Origin: Bacteroidales bacterium UBA4070
GTDB taxonomy: Bacteria > Bacteroidota > Bacteroidia > Bacteroidales > VadinHA17
Length of the DNA: 64,000 nucleotides
Direction of reading: 5' to 3'
NCBI GenBank assembly: GCA_002383485.1
Contig: DFYY01000013.1
Location: 40,270 to 104,269 of the forward strand
The notes below the pieces were generated by a model. That model made no database searches, had not been told where the DNA came from, and saw only the letters and a program-made list of their open reading frames with translations. The position numbers and the translations under genes were made by a program. Shown in pieces: positions 36,661-50,706 of this stretch (its first letter is position 1; the number at the start of each line of letters is the position of its first letter).

Positions 36661-38103
36661 ATGGTAATAAGGCTTCCACCGGATTTTATTGAACGTATTC
36701 ACAGCCAGTCATATATTGATCATGTCACTTTGGCTGCGGCGTTTGAAGGCCCTGTTGTGACATCAGTCAGGGTCAACAGTCTCAAATGGCTTCGTGCTGT
36801 TGAAAGATACCCGCGGGTGGAGTGGGAGCCTGACGGTTATTATCTGCCTGGCAGGCCGCTTTTCACGGCTGATCCGCTTTTTCATGCGGGGGTTTACTAT
36901 CCGCAGGAATCGTCAAGCATGTTTGCAGGGGAGGTGTTCCGGCAGCTTACGGCGGGCATGACCGGAGTCAGGGTGCTTGATCTCTGCGGCGCTCCCGGGG
37001 GTAAAAGCACGCACCTGGCCCGTCTGATAGGTGATGATGGAATTCTGGTGGCGAATGAGGTCATCCGGACAAGGGCATCCGTTCTGGCCGAGAACATTAC
37101 CAAGTGGGGTATTGGTAATACTATGGTGACGAATGCCGATCCCTCGAGGTTTTCAATGTTACCAGGTTTCTTTGACGTCATTGTTGCTGACGCTCCCTGT
37201 TCCGGAGAGGGTATGTTCCGCTCCCCTGTAGCTGTAAGGGAGTGGTCGATGCAGAACGCCAGGATGTGCAGTGAGAGGCAGCGAAGGATTGTTATGGAAT
37301 CGTGGCCCGCATTGCGTCCCGGCGGCCTGCTTATATATTCAACCTGCACTTTTAATCCTGCTGAGAATGAGGAGAATGTTTCGTGGTTTATGGAACAGAC
37401 CGGTGCGGAATCGGTTCCCGTTGAGCTGCCTGATGGAAGCCCTGTTGTCGCGGTGCGATCGGGGAACGCGGAGGGTTACGGGTTTCATCCCGGCCGGGTG
37501 AATGGAGACGGGTTCTTCATTGCCGCCATTCGCAAACCAACGGAAGCAAGTCAGATACGGGGAATGAATGATAGTGGCGGAAGGATGAAAGCAGGGCGAG
37601 GCTTGTTGTACGGTCAGGGACCGGTGCTGCGGAAAGTCAAAAAAGAACAAACCAGATCCGCTTCCCGGGCATTTGAAAGGAGTGAGCCTGTTGCCCTGTT
37701 TGACCGCAGCAGGATAGTCATGCATGGTGACAGGATTATTGCCCTGGCAGCTGACAATGAGCTCTTCGGGTATATAGCCGGAAGGCTTCCGGTGGTAAAA
37801 CCGGGAACGACGATAGGTGAGCTGAAGAACAATATTCTTATCCCGGCGCATGACCTTGCCATGTCTGTGAAGCTCAGGGAGGAGGCCTGGCCTCATCATC
37901 CTCTCAGCGGAGAGGAGGCTCTTGCCTATCTTCGCCTGGAGGCGCCGGCTGCCGCCGGCATGCCCCCGGGAAGGGTCATTCTGACCTATCGGGGAGTAGC
38001 CTTCGGGTTTGCAAATAACCTTGGCACCAGGGTAAACAACGGCTACCCCCAGCCATGGAGGATAAGGATGGAGCGGGGTGGCGCTGTTACGGAAATTTTG
38101 TAA
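36661..38103 (+). CDS. RsmB/RsmF-family rRNA m5C methyltransferase
   Basis: YYPQESSSM, VLDLCGAPGGKST, LVANEV, DAPCSGEGMFR, IYSTCTFN..ENE motifs; C-terminal PUA-like region. Confidence 0.92.
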   Translation: MVIRLPPDFIERIHSQSYIDHVTLAAAFEGPVVTSVRVNSLKWLRAVERYPRVEWEPDGYYLPGRPLFTADPLFHAGVYYPQESSSMFAGEVFRQLTAGMTGVRVLDLCGAPGGKSTHLARLIGDDGILVANEVIRTRASVLAENITKWGIGNTMVTNADPSRFSMLPGFFDVIVADAPCSGEGMFRSPVAVREWSMQNARMCSERQRRIVMESWPALRPGGLLIYSTCTFNPAENEENVSWFMEQTGAESVPVELPDGSPVVAVRSGNAEGYGFHPGRVNGDGFFIAAIRKPTEASQIRGMNDSGGRMKAGRGLLYGQGPVLRKVKKEQTRSASRAFERSEPVALFDRSRIVMHGDRIIALAADNELFGYIAGRLPVVKPGTTIGELKNNILIPAHDLAMSVKLREEAWPHHPLSGEEALAYLRLEAPAAAGMPPGRVILTYRGVAFGFANNLGTRVNNGYPQPWRIRMERGGAVTEIL

Positions 38104-38195
38104 ATTACTTTTTGTTGAACTAAACTTTCACAACAAAAAATTGTTCCTTTTGGAAAAGAAATAACCTTAAATTTATCAAAATAACATTATCCCTT

Positions 38196-39862
38196 ATGAA
38201 GACAGACATTGAGATCGCCCAGAGTGCCGTTATCAAGCCGGTCACTGAGGTTGCCCGCAGGCTTGGACTCAAGGAGGATGACCTGGAACTGTACGGTAAG
38301 TACAAGGCAAAGCTTCCTCTTTCGCTGATTGATGAAAAGAAGGCTGCAAAGGCAAAGCTTATTCTTGTGACGGCCATCACTCCTACGCCTGCAGGTGAAG
38401 GTAAGACAACCACCTCCATCGGGCTTGCGCAGGGTCTGAACCTCCTTGGCAAGAAAGCCACCGTGGTGCTCAGGGAGCCCTCGCTCGGACCTGTCTTCGG
38501 CATCAAGGGTGGTGCCGCCGGCGGCGGTTACTCACAGGTCATCCCGATGGAAGACATCAATCTCCATTTTACCGGTGACCTTTCGGCTGTGGAGAAAGCG
38601 CATAACCTGCTCTCCGCGATGATTGACAACAACATACAGGCTACCGACAGTAATCTGGGCATTGATCCCAGGACCATTGCCTGGAAGCGTGTGATGGACA
38701 TGAATGACCGTGCGCTGAGGGACATTGTGATAGGTCTTGGCGGCACTGCCCAGGGAGTTCCCAGGGAGACGGGATTTGACATTACCGCCGCATCTGAGGT
38801 CATGGCTATCCTCTGTCTTTCGACGAGCATCAGCGATCTCAAGCAGCGTCTCGGCAACATTTTCATAGGATATACCTATGCTGGCAAGCCGGTTTTTGCG
38901 CGTGACCTCAGGGCGCAGGGAGCCATGGCAGCGTTGCTTAAGGATGCGCTCAAGCCTAACCTTGTGCAGACCCTGGAAGGCACTCCGGCCATTATTCACG
39001 GCGGACCCTTTGCAAATATCGCACAGGGAACCAACTCAATACTTGCAACACGCATGGGTCTGTCGCTGAGTGACTACGTTGTCACCGAGGCCGGTTTTGC
39101 CAGCGAGCTGGGTGCTGAAAAATTCTTCAACATCAAGTCGCAGGTAGGGAAGCTGAAGACCAACGCGGTTGTCATTGTTGCAACCATCAGGGCACTCAAG
39201 TATCACGGCGGGGTCAAACTCTCTGAGCTGGCAAATGAAAACCTCGAAGCGCTCAGTAAAGGCTTCGAGAACCTTGACAAGCATATTGAGAACATGCATT
39301 ACTACGGCTTCAGGCCGGTGGTGGCGGTGAACCGTTTCAGTTCTGATACCGACGCGGAGATCGAATTGCTGAGGAAATACTGTGATGAGCATAACGTAAG
39401 AGTGGCTGTCAATACGGCATGGGCTGACGGTGGCAAGGGAGCCACGGAGCTGGCCAATGCAGTTATCGAGGCCACTGAAGCATGCACTGACTGTTTCACT
39501 CCTTTGTATGATCTGGCATGGCCGCTGGAGAAGAAGATCGAGACAATTACCACGCTTATGTACGGTGCAAAGAACGTGGAATATACTCTGGAGGCAAAAG
39601 ATCAGCTTAAAAAGATTTCAGAGCTGGGGCTTGACAACCTTGCGGTGTGCATCGCCAAGACCCAGAAGTCGCTCTCTGATGACCAGGCGCGGCGCAACCG
39701 GCCCCGGGACTTTACAATCCGCATCCGTAAGGTGGAACTCTCTTCCGGAGCAGGTTTCATTGTGCCGATAGCCGGGTCCATCATGCGCATGCCCGGACTG
39801 CCCACGGTTCCTTCGGCTGAAAAGATTGACATCGACGATAACGGACAGATAAGCGGCTTATT

Positions 39863-39866
<4 letters not shown>
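38196..39866 (+). CDS. fhs: Formate--tetrahydrofolate ligase
   Basis: TAITPTPAGEGKTTT, KGGAAGGGYSQV, HFTGD, HGGPFANIAQG, EAGF, CIAKTQ, MPGLP motifs. Confidence 0.97.
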
Positions 39867-43694
<3,828 letters not shown>

Positions 43695-43699
43695 CTGTA

Positions 43700-43724
43700 C
43701 GCCGGCCGGCATACCCGGCCGGCG
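43700..43724. terminator. All-GC hairpin between convergent genes
   Basis: CGCCGGCCGG-CATAC-CCGGCCGGCG, no U tract. Confidence 0.55.
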
Positions 43725-43791
43725 CGAGAATCTTGCATGTCTGAGCGGGTTAAGCCCTCAAAATGGCCGGATCCGCTTTTTATTCAGACCG

Positions 43792-44871
43792 TTATTTTTT
43801 TGCCGGTGAAATCTCCACCTTCAGCACACTGTTGCTGCCGGTGATGATGTTGTCAACGCTGTATGGCATCGGTTCGTCAAGAAACTTTCTGTCAGCGGTA
43901 ACCACTGCCATTCCCCTGGCCGGAACGTTGACTGCTGCCGGTGCCCCATGGGGTCCGCCTGACAGTTTCATCGGTATGTCAGATGTATTGACAAGTTCGA
44001 ACTTAATTATTTTGCCGTCATCCTTAAAAGGTGCTCCTGCTTTTACAACAGATCTGAATAGCGGTGCAGCGATCTCCTCCATTGCAGCCAGGTTATCTCC
44101 GTACCAGACGGCTGTTCTGCAGTCAAACATCGCCTCTTTCAGGGATTCATGGGTGCGTTCCTTTGCAAACACAAGGGTCATGGGCCTGTGCGAGTATTCC
44201 GGAGCAGCAAACTCTTCACTGATGACCCCGTGAACGTCGCTGTTGCCCATCACTGCCAGATTATTGTCGCGGCACATGTCCATCACCAGCGGATAGTATT
44301 CCACATCGTTGTAGTACTCTATACCGTGCAGCCATCCTTTGGCTATAAGCTCGCGGTGAACATCATACATTCTTGGTATGCCGTCAGGCTGCTGACTCTT
44401 CCATCCAGGGTGGTTCCACTGTATGAAGGCGCCCTGTGCAATGGCTGCTTCGATGACCTTCATGAAATCTTCCTTAACCAGTGAATCCGGCTCGGTGATG
44501 AATAGGGCATTGAGGTGGCCGGGAGGCATCTTGCGTGTTATTTCGGATCCCTTTACAAGGATGATGTTGTAGTCGGCCGCGGTGTTACGTGCAATTTTCC
44601 AGGCGGCGCTGTAGTCTATTGGCACATACTGTTTATGCGGCTGGTATTCAATGTGATCAGTAATGGAGATGGCATCAAGGCCATCGCGCCATGCCTCGCC
44701 GATCCTTTGTGTTGGCCACACGTTGCCGTCTGAGAAGACGGTGTGTGTATGGAAGTCACATTTAAGGGTCACGTAACCGGGCAGTTCGGGCACATTCAGC
44801 ATGTGCCGCTGTGCCGAGATTGCCATTGTGCCCAGGAGGAGGGCGGTGATGAGGAGAAGTCTTGTTTTCAT
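43792..44871 (-). CDS. Secreted PHP-domain phosphoesterase-like protein
   Basis: Likely start MKTRLL at 44871; CDFHTHTVFSDG, ITDH, NHP, NSDVH metal-binding motifs. Confidence 0.85.
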   Translation of the reverse strand: MKTRLLLITALLLGTMAISAQRHMLNVPELPGYVTLKCDFHTHTVFSDGNVWPTQRIGEAWRDGLDAISITDHIEYQPHKQYVPIDYSAAWKIARNTAADYNIILVKGSEITRKMPPGHLNALFITEPDSLVKEDFMKVIEAAIAQGAFIQWNHPGWKSQQPDGIPRMYDVHRELIAKGWLHGIEYYNDVEYYPLVMDMCRDNNLAVMGNSDVHGVISEEFAAPEYSHRPMTLVFAKERTHESLKEAMFDCRTAVWYGDNLAAMEEIAAPLFRSVVKAGAPFKDDGKIIKFELVNTSDIPMKLSGGPHGAPAAVNVPARGMAVVTADRKFLDEPMPYSVDNIITGSNSVLKVEISPAKK

Positions 44872-44879
44872 ATCAGAGA

Positions 44880-44937
44880 ATTTACGATTTACGATTTTCG
44901 ATTGTAGATTTATTCGCAATTCAAACATCGCAAATCC
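44880..44937. repeat. Self-complementary pair of heptamer arrays filling the MFS-PHP intergenic gap
   Basis: ATTTACG ATTTACG ATTTTCG ATTGTAG then TATTCGC AATTCAA ACATCGC AAATCC. Confidence 0.75.
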
Positions 44938-46386
44938 CTATTGCCTATTGCCTGTATTATTTCCTGCCGCATCCCTGCCCCTCAGGATTAATCTGTCGTA
45001 CAGATACAGCAGTATGCTGGCTGCAACGGCTATTGCCGTGAAGAGCACCCACACCTTTGAAGGGTTGTATGTATCCCAGAGATAGCGGGTCAGTTCCTGT
45101 GCATTCATCCCGAAGAGCTCCTGCGCCATGTTGAAATAGTCGGTCTGTGTAAAACTGTCCGAAATAGCTGGTATGTCAAATCCTTTTTCTGCGACTGCCT
45201 GTTTCAGCAGGTAGAGCTTGTCAGCCATCTTTTCGTACGGTCTGCCTGAGATCCATCCGGCCCCAATGTGTCCGAGCGCTATGGGCAGGAATGCGGTTCC
45301 CATGTACAATGCCTTGCGGTCAGCGGGAGCAATGCCTCCCAGATATTCCTGCACCTTGGGTGATGAAGCCATCTCGCCGATGCCAAAGATCAGCACGCCA
45401 AGCACAATTATCCACGGATTGAGATTGGCGAACATCATTCCCAGCCCGAAGGCAAGGATAAAAATCCCGGTCATGATGCTGTTAAGCGGCTTGACCCTGG
45501 CGGTTATGGATGAGATAATAAGCTGAAACAGAATAATGAAGAACGAGGCCAGGCTCGATATGGTGACTGTGGTTATAGTTCCCGGGTCAAGTCCCAGTGA
45601 TGCTGACATCCCGTCGAGGTTCACCCATGACTCGAGGAAGACGGGGAAAGAGTAATATAGCTGGTTATATGCTGTCCAGAATACGCCAATGATGAGCAGG
45701 AACAGCAGGAACCTCCAGTCGGTGAGTGTCACCCCGATATTTCTGAAAGCGATCCCGATATTCTTCAGAAAGCCCTGTCCGTTGTCGGTCACAGCCGGTT
45801 CCTTGTAGAAGAAGAGGGTTATGATGAGGTTAAGGGCCATGGCGGCGATAGACATATAAAAGACAATATCCCAGCTCTCCTTGTAGAGCAGGCTGGCTAC
45901 AAACGGGCCGATGAAGCCGCCGATATTGACCACCATGTAAAAGATGCCGAATCCGAGGGATGCTGTCTCTCTGTTTGTCACCCGGGCAACGGTGCCTGAG
46001 ATAAGGGGCTTGAAGAGCGCTCCGGCCACTGCCAGTAATATGAATGCTGCGAAGATCGAGCCGAAGGTCTCGAACCTGCCAAGCATGAAGAATGACAGTA
46101 TATAGGTCAGGAATGAAACAATAAGGACCTTTTTGTAGCCCACCCTGTCAGCTATGGCTCCGGTTATTACGGGGAGGAAATAGAGTATCATTGACGCCGT
46201 GCCCATTATGGTTCCCTTCTCCACGTTTGTAAAGCCAAGGGCTCCATCCTCCTTTGGAGAGGTGAGGTAGAGGGCTATGAAACCATTGTAAAAGGCATAC
46301 CATCCCCAGCGTTCGAACAGTTCAATCAGGTTGGAGATCCAGAATAGCCTGGGAAATTTCTTGAGTGTCTGGGCAAAGCTGCTCAT
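44938..46386 (-). CDS. MFS transporter, POT/PTR peptide-transporter-like
   Basis: IELFERWGWY (ExxERxxxY-like), GAIADRVG, GALFKP, FYMVVNIGG motifs; many TM segments. Confidence 0.88.
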   Translation of the reverse strand: MSSFAQTLKKFPRLFWISNLIELFERWGWYAFYNGFIALYLTSPKEDGALGFTNVEKGTIMGTASMILYFLPVITGAIADRVGYKKVLIVSFLTYILSFFMLGRFETFGSIFAAFILLAVAGALFKPLISGTVARVTNRETASLGFGIFYMVVNIGGFIGPFVASLLYKESWDIVFYMSIAAMALNLIITLFFYKEPAVTDNGQGFLKNIGIAFRNIGVTLTDWRFLLFLLIIGVFWTAYNQLYYSFPVFLESWVNLDGMSASLGLDPGTITTVTISSLASFFIILFQLIISSITARVKPLNSIMTGIFILAFGLGMMFANLNPWIIVLGVLIFGIGEMASSPKVQEYLGGIAPADRKALYMGTAFLPIALGHIGAGWISGRPYEKMADKLYLLKQAVAEKGFDIPAISDSFTQTDYFNMAQELFGMNAQELTRYLWDTYNPSKVWVLFTAIAVAASILLYLYDRLILRGRDAAGNNTGNRQ

Positions 46387-46452
46387 CTGATGATTTTTTG
46401 CGGGCTTAAAATAGCAAAATATATGATAGGATACGCCGGGTCATGTATCACT

Positions 46453-47085
46453 TCACGTCTGTTTTGAAGCATAGAAATAGGCTTCATTTTTGTCGGCGTC
46501 ATCCCACGTGTATACCCTGCGGCCGGCGAAGCTGTTCATGAACCCCATCAATGCCGTATCTCCGGCACACATGGTTGAATGAACAAAGAGAGTGATTGAG
46601 AGAATCCATTTCCACCAGTCCGGAGAGAAGAGGATAAGCGCCGTAAAGGCAGCCGTTATAATAATCAGGGGCGTGAGCGCAACAATTGAAAATAGCCTCG
46701 TCCCGGCAACGAACCTGTGTGCAGTAACGTAAATGATTCCCTGCCTGAGGTCTGCCCCGAACCTTATGTCTTTTGCCCCTGCGAGCCTGAAGGGGATAAG
46801 ATGCAATCCCTCATGCACCGGTATGAGGAGCAGCGGAAGCAGTATTATCCCGGTGGCCAGCCCGGCAGCTATTCCCGGTCCGGCAGAGGGATAATTCAAT
46901 CCCGGCCAGAACCAGACTGTCAGAAACAACGAAGCACCCGCAATTATCCACACGGAAATCATTGGCAGTGTGGGCCTTGTAAGATGACCTATGACGAATG
47001 GAGCTATTTCTCCGTAGGGCAGTGTCAGTACCTTTTCATAGGCTGAGGAGTCATCCAGCTCTTCGATGCGCGGCGCAGGTTTCAT
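46453..47085 (-). CDS. DUF3267-like putative membrane zinc peptidase
   Basis: HEGLH zincin motif after a TM segment; VALTP; HSTMCAGD; upstream TATCTTTG box (minus strand). Confidence 0.7.
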   Translation of the reverse strand: MKPAPRIEELDDSSAYEKVLTLPYGEIAPFVIGHLTRPTLPMISVWIIAGASLFLTVWFWPGLNYPSAGPGIAAGLATGIILLPLLLIPVHEGLHLIPFRLAGAKDIRFGADLRQGIIYVTAHRFVAGTRLFSIVALTPLIIITAAFTALILFSPDWWKWILSITLFVHSTMCAGDTALMGFMNSFAGRRVYTWDDADKNEAYFYASKQT

Positions 47086-47190
47086 AATAATTCAAAGATA
47101 GCGGATGTCAGTTTAATCCGCGATACCTCTTTTACTTTTAGGGGAGAGTGAACCCTTTGGCACGACAATTGGTTAAATTTGCAGGTGATT

Positions 47191-47802
47191 ATGAAAAGAG
47201 TGGTTGTCATACTGCTGTTGGTTCAGCTTTTCCCGGCGGTTTACGGGCAGGAGCAGGACACGGTCCGCTCTGACACCGTTCCATCTGTCTTTCATGTACT
47301 GAAGACAGCCACCTTTGACGGTCAGACCTACCCGCTTGTTGAACTGAAGGAGATATATGTCTACGGAAAGATGCCGAGGGGTGTCCGTTTCGACTACAGG
47401 AGGCATGCCCGTCTTGTTTACAATGTACGCCGGGTTTATCCCTATGCCCTGATGGTCAGGGATGAGTTCGGCCGCGTAAACAGGCTGCTTGAGACGATGC
47501 CTGACGAGAAGGCTCAGCGCAATTTCATGCAGCAGTATGAGAAGGAGTTGCTCGACAGGTATGAGGGTGACATGCGAAAGCTGACCTTCACCCAGGGGAA
47601 GATACTTATCAAGCTGATTGACAGGGAGACGCAGATTACGTCATATGATCTGATCAGGCAGTATCGCGGGAAACTCTCTGCCGGATTCTGGCAGGGTATT
47701 GCGCGCATCTTCGGCGCGAACCTCAAGTTAAATTATGACGCCAATGGTGACGATTACCTGATAGAGCAGGTAATTCTTGAGATAGAGGCCGGGCGGCTAT
47801 GA
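47191..47802 (+). CDS. DUF4294-like Bacteroidota protein
   Basis: Likely start MKRVVV at 47191 after TAAATTTG (47174-47181); LVYNVRRVYPYA, TQGKILIKLIDRET, FWQGIARIFGANLK motifs. Confidence 0.8.
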   Translation: MKRVVVILLLVQLFPAVYGQEQDTVRSDTVPSVFHVLKTATFDGQTYPLVELKEIYVYGKMPRGVRFDYRRHARLVYNVRRVYPYALMVRDEFGRVNRLLETMPDEKAQRNFMQQYEKELLDRYEGDMRKLTFTQGKILIKLIDRETQITSYDLIRQYRGKLSAGFWQGIARIFGANLKLNYDANGDDYLIEQVILEIEAGRL

Positions 47803-48456
47803 TGCCTGTTTGCCGGCAAGTTCCATAACAGCCTTAATGACGGCGTCGGTATCGCGGGCGATTTCAGAGAGCGTGGCATCAAGCATGTAGCAGGGGGCAG
47901 TGACAATGCGGTTTTTCCTGTCCACTGTCACCTCTCCGTGCTTTCTTTCCTCATGTTTGCCACCCAGTCTGGTTATATCCGTGGCTGTTTTTCTGTCGTT
48001 GCCGATTGTAACGGTCACTTCTCCCAGCACCCTCACAATCAATACCGGTGAGATGCAGAGGGCGCCGATGGGTTTGCTTGCGCGGTGTGTGGATCGGATA
48101 GCCTCTTCAACCACCCTGTCAACATGGCAGTCGGGGCCGTCAAAGGCGTAAGTGCAGAGGTTTTTAGCCACGCCGAATCCGCCGGGAAATATCAGGGCAT
48201 CGAACTCATCAGCCCTGTATTCTGTCAGCGGACTGATATTTCCCCTGGCAATGCGGGCAGCTTCGGTGAGCACATTTCTTGACTCCTTCATCTCCTCTCC
48301 GGTGATATGGTTAATAACGTGGTGCTGTACCACATTCGGGGCAAAGATGCGGTATGTGCCGCCGTTTTTGTCGATGGCGTACATTGTCATCACGGCTTCA
48401 TGAATTTCGGCGCCGTCCCTGACGCCGCACCCGGCAAGTACTATAGCAGCTTTCAT
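47797..48456 (-). CDS. elbB: Glyoxalase ElbB (DJ-1/PfpI superfamily)
   Basis: LAGCGVRDGAEIHEAV, EAARIARG, PGGFGVAKNLC, GALCISP, TAPCYM motifs. Confidence 0.93.
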   Translation of the reverse strand: MKAAIVLAGCGVRDGAEIHEAVMTMYAIDKNGGTYRIFAPNVVQHHVINHITGEEMKESRNVLTEAARIARGNISPLTEYRADEFDALIFPGGFGVAKNLCTYAFDGPDCHVDRVVEEAIRSTHRASKPIGALCISPVLIVRVLGEVTVTIGNDRKTATDITRLGGKHEERKHGEVTVDRKNRIVTAPCYMLDATLSEIARDTDAVIKAVMELAGKQAS

Positions 48457-48558
48457 ATGGAGTTGTTTGAGAGTTCAGGTATTAAAGATAGTAAAAACAG
48501 CGATCATCAGCTGCGCGTTTCGGCCGGGCTATTCTCCTGAAATATGGTGCCTGTTGAT

Positions 48559-49980
48559 CTACAGTCCCTTGCCCTTAATAATTGTGCCGAGAGTATAGAA
48601 AATAATCTTCAGATCGAGAAAGAGGGAGACGTTTTCAAGGTATAGCAGGTCATATGACAGTCTCTCAAGCATTGTATCCAGGTCAGAAGCATATCCCAGC
48701 TTCACCTGTCCCCAGCAGGTGATGCCGGGTTTTACCGAGAGCACCCTGTTGAACCACGGTGCCCGCTCGCGTATCTGTTCAATGTAGTGCTGGCGTTCTG
48801 GCCGGGGGCCTACAAGTGACATCTCACCCCGGAGGACGTTGAAGAAGTTGGGAATCTCATCAAAGCGGTGTTTACGCATGAATCTGCCCAGGGGTGTGAT
48901 CCTCGCGTCACCCTTCACCGCCAGCTGAGGCCCGTCCGATTCGGCATCGTCCTCCATCGACCTGAACTTATAGATCATGAAAGGCTTACCGTGCCGGCCG
49001 ATGCGTTCCTGCCGGAAGATGACCGGTCCTCTTCCGGATATTCTGATCAGTATTGCAAGTACTGCCATCAGGGGTGACAGCAGAAGCAGGGCTAGTGCAG
49101 CAACGGTGTAGTCAAGCAGCATCTTCACCATATATTGCCACCGGGGCATCTCCCGGTAGGATACTCTCAAAAGAGGCGTTGCATAGATGGGTCCTGCCTC
49201 AACGTGCCCGGAGATGATTCCCCTCATTGACGGCACCGCCTTTACAACCACTTCGCGGTAGCAGATGGTATCGACAATATTCTCCACCAAACCGTATTCA
49301 TCCTCTTCCATTGCCAGTATCACCTCATCGATCTCGTTCTCCTCAATCACCCTGATGATATCATTCACATTCCCGAGCCAGGCAACATCGCCACTGAGTG
49401 GGTGCCTGCCGTTCTCCCTGATACTCAGGTATCCGGTCAGGAGATTCCCTGCCGGTATCTTTTCACCCCTGATTTCGCTTACCAGTCGCTCAGCCTTCTG
49501 CCTGCTGCCGACTATCAGTGTTCTGAACCCTGCTATATGACGATGGATCCTTCCCGAGACTATCGAAGTAATTATCAGGCGCGGAATATATGTCAGTATG
49601 AATTCCAGCAGCAAGAGCGCGAAAAAGGAGTTGTAATAGGTTGAATAGCTGCCCACTGCATCATCCAGTATGAGCACAAAGAAGAGCACAACCACTGCCG
49701 CCAGTGTTATTACAACTGATTTTCCGAATTCCAAAAGGCGCGAACGACGAAGAGGATCTGAGTAAAATCCGGCCATCGCGAAGGCGAATAGAAAGAAGAG
49801 CGGGATAAGCGAGATGCCGAGCCAGAACTTGTATCCGAGCTCCATCCGGAAGTATTCACCGTATAACCTGGTCTCGATGAAGTATTTGCGGAAAAGGTAG
49901 AAAAGGCCCCACGCGACTGATGAGCCGGCGAAATCGGCTAAAATGTAGGTAAGTGTTATGCGGCGCGCAAATTTTTTCAT
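48559..49980 (-). CDS. Polyprenyl-phosphate glycosylphosphotransferase (WcaJ/WbaP-like sugar transferase)
   Basis: N-terminal TM block; C-terminal Bac_transf motifs FRQERIG, YKFRSM, DEIPNFFNVLRGEMSLVGPRPER, KPGITCWGQV, YDLLY. Confidence 0.92.
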   Translation of the reverse strand: MKKFARRITLTYILADFAGSSVAWGLFYLFRKYFIETRLYGEYFRMELGYKFWLGISLIPLFFLFAFAMAGFYSDPLRRSRLLEFGKSVVITLAAVVVLFFVLILDDAVGSYSTYYNSFFALLLLEFILTYIPRLIITSIVSGRIHRHIAGFRTLIVGSRQKAERLVSEIRGEKIPAGNLLTGYLSIRENGRHPLSGDVAWLGNVNDIIRVIEENEIDEVILAMEEDEYGLVENIVDTICYREVVVKAVPSMRGIISGHVEAGPIYATPLLRVSYREMPRWQYMVKMLLDYTVAALALLLLSPLMAVLAILIRISGRGPVIFRQERIGRHGKPFMIYKFRSMEDDAESDGPQLAVKGDARITPLGRFMRKHRFDEIPNFFNVLRGEMSLVGPRPERQHYIEQIRERAPWFNRVLSVKPGITCWGQVKLGYASDLDTMLERLSYDLLYLENVSLFLDLKIIFYTLGTIIKGKGL

Positions 49981-50039
49981 TCCGTTTCGCAGGAGATATG
50001 CAAAGATATCCGTTATTTTTAGACCAAATTCATGATGTG

Positions 50040-50702
50040 ATGATTGAAGAGTCCTTTGAGGCGAAAGGCAAGAGAAAAAGATTGATTGAGGAACTGCGCA
50101 GCAAGGGGATCAGTGATGAAAGGGTCCTGGAGGCGATGGGCAGGGTGCAGCGCCATCTTTTCATGGATGATGCGTTCCTCCGGCATGCATACCAGGACAA
50201 GGCTTTCCCGATAGCGGCAGGTCAGACCATTTCCCAGCCATACACTGTTGCCGTCCAGACCATTCTGCTTAATGTCAGCAAAAGGGATAAGGTGCTGGAG
50301 ATTGGCACCGGCTCCGGGTATCAGGCTGCGGTACTGGCCGAGATGGGGGTGAAGGTCTACACTATCGAAAGGCAGCGGGAGCTCTACCGCAAGGCACAGA
50401 TTATCCTTAATGAGATGGGCTACAGGATCCATTTTTTCCTGGGTGACGGTTATGAAGGTCAGCCGCATTACGGGCCTTATGACGGCATTATCATTACTGC
50501 AGCCACGGCCGAGGTGCCGGAAAAACTCCTGAAGCAGCTGCGTATCGGCGGCAGGCTGGTTGTGCCCCGGGGGGAGCGTGACCTGCAGGTGATGACGCTA
50601 TTTGTACGGCGTGGCGAGGATGACTATGAGATATCCAACCACGGTAACTTTGTATTTGTACCGATGCTTAAAGGCATAGCAAACAATAACGAAAGAGATT
50701 GA
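50040..50702 (+). CDS. pcm: Protein-L-isoaspartate O-methyltransferase
   Basis: AYQDKAFPIAAGQTISQPY, VLEIGTGSGYQAA, PYDGIIITAA, FVFVPML; start uncertain (50040 most plausible). Confidence 0.93.
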   Translation: MIEESFEAKGKRKRLIEELRSKGISDERVLEAMGRVQRHLFMDDAFLRHAYQDKAFPIAAGQTISQPYTVAVQTILLNVSKRDKVLEIGTGSGYQAAVLAEMGVKVYTIERQRELYRKAQIILNEMGYRIHFFLGDGYEGQPHYGPYDGIIITAATAEVPEKLLKQLRIGGRLVVPRGERDLQVMTLFVRRGEDDYEISNHGNFVFVPMLKGIANNNERD

Positions 50703-50706
50703 CTGC

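Noticed and set aside
38104-38195. ZTP/THF riboswitch upstream of fhs
   Set aside because: AT-rich 90-nt gap with only a TTTTTGTTG/CAACAAAAA inverted repeat; no aptamer features.
44872-44928. N-terminal extension MFELRINLQSKIVNRKFSD of the PHP protein
   Set aside because: It is a translation of the heptamer repeat; the signal peptide starts at 44871.
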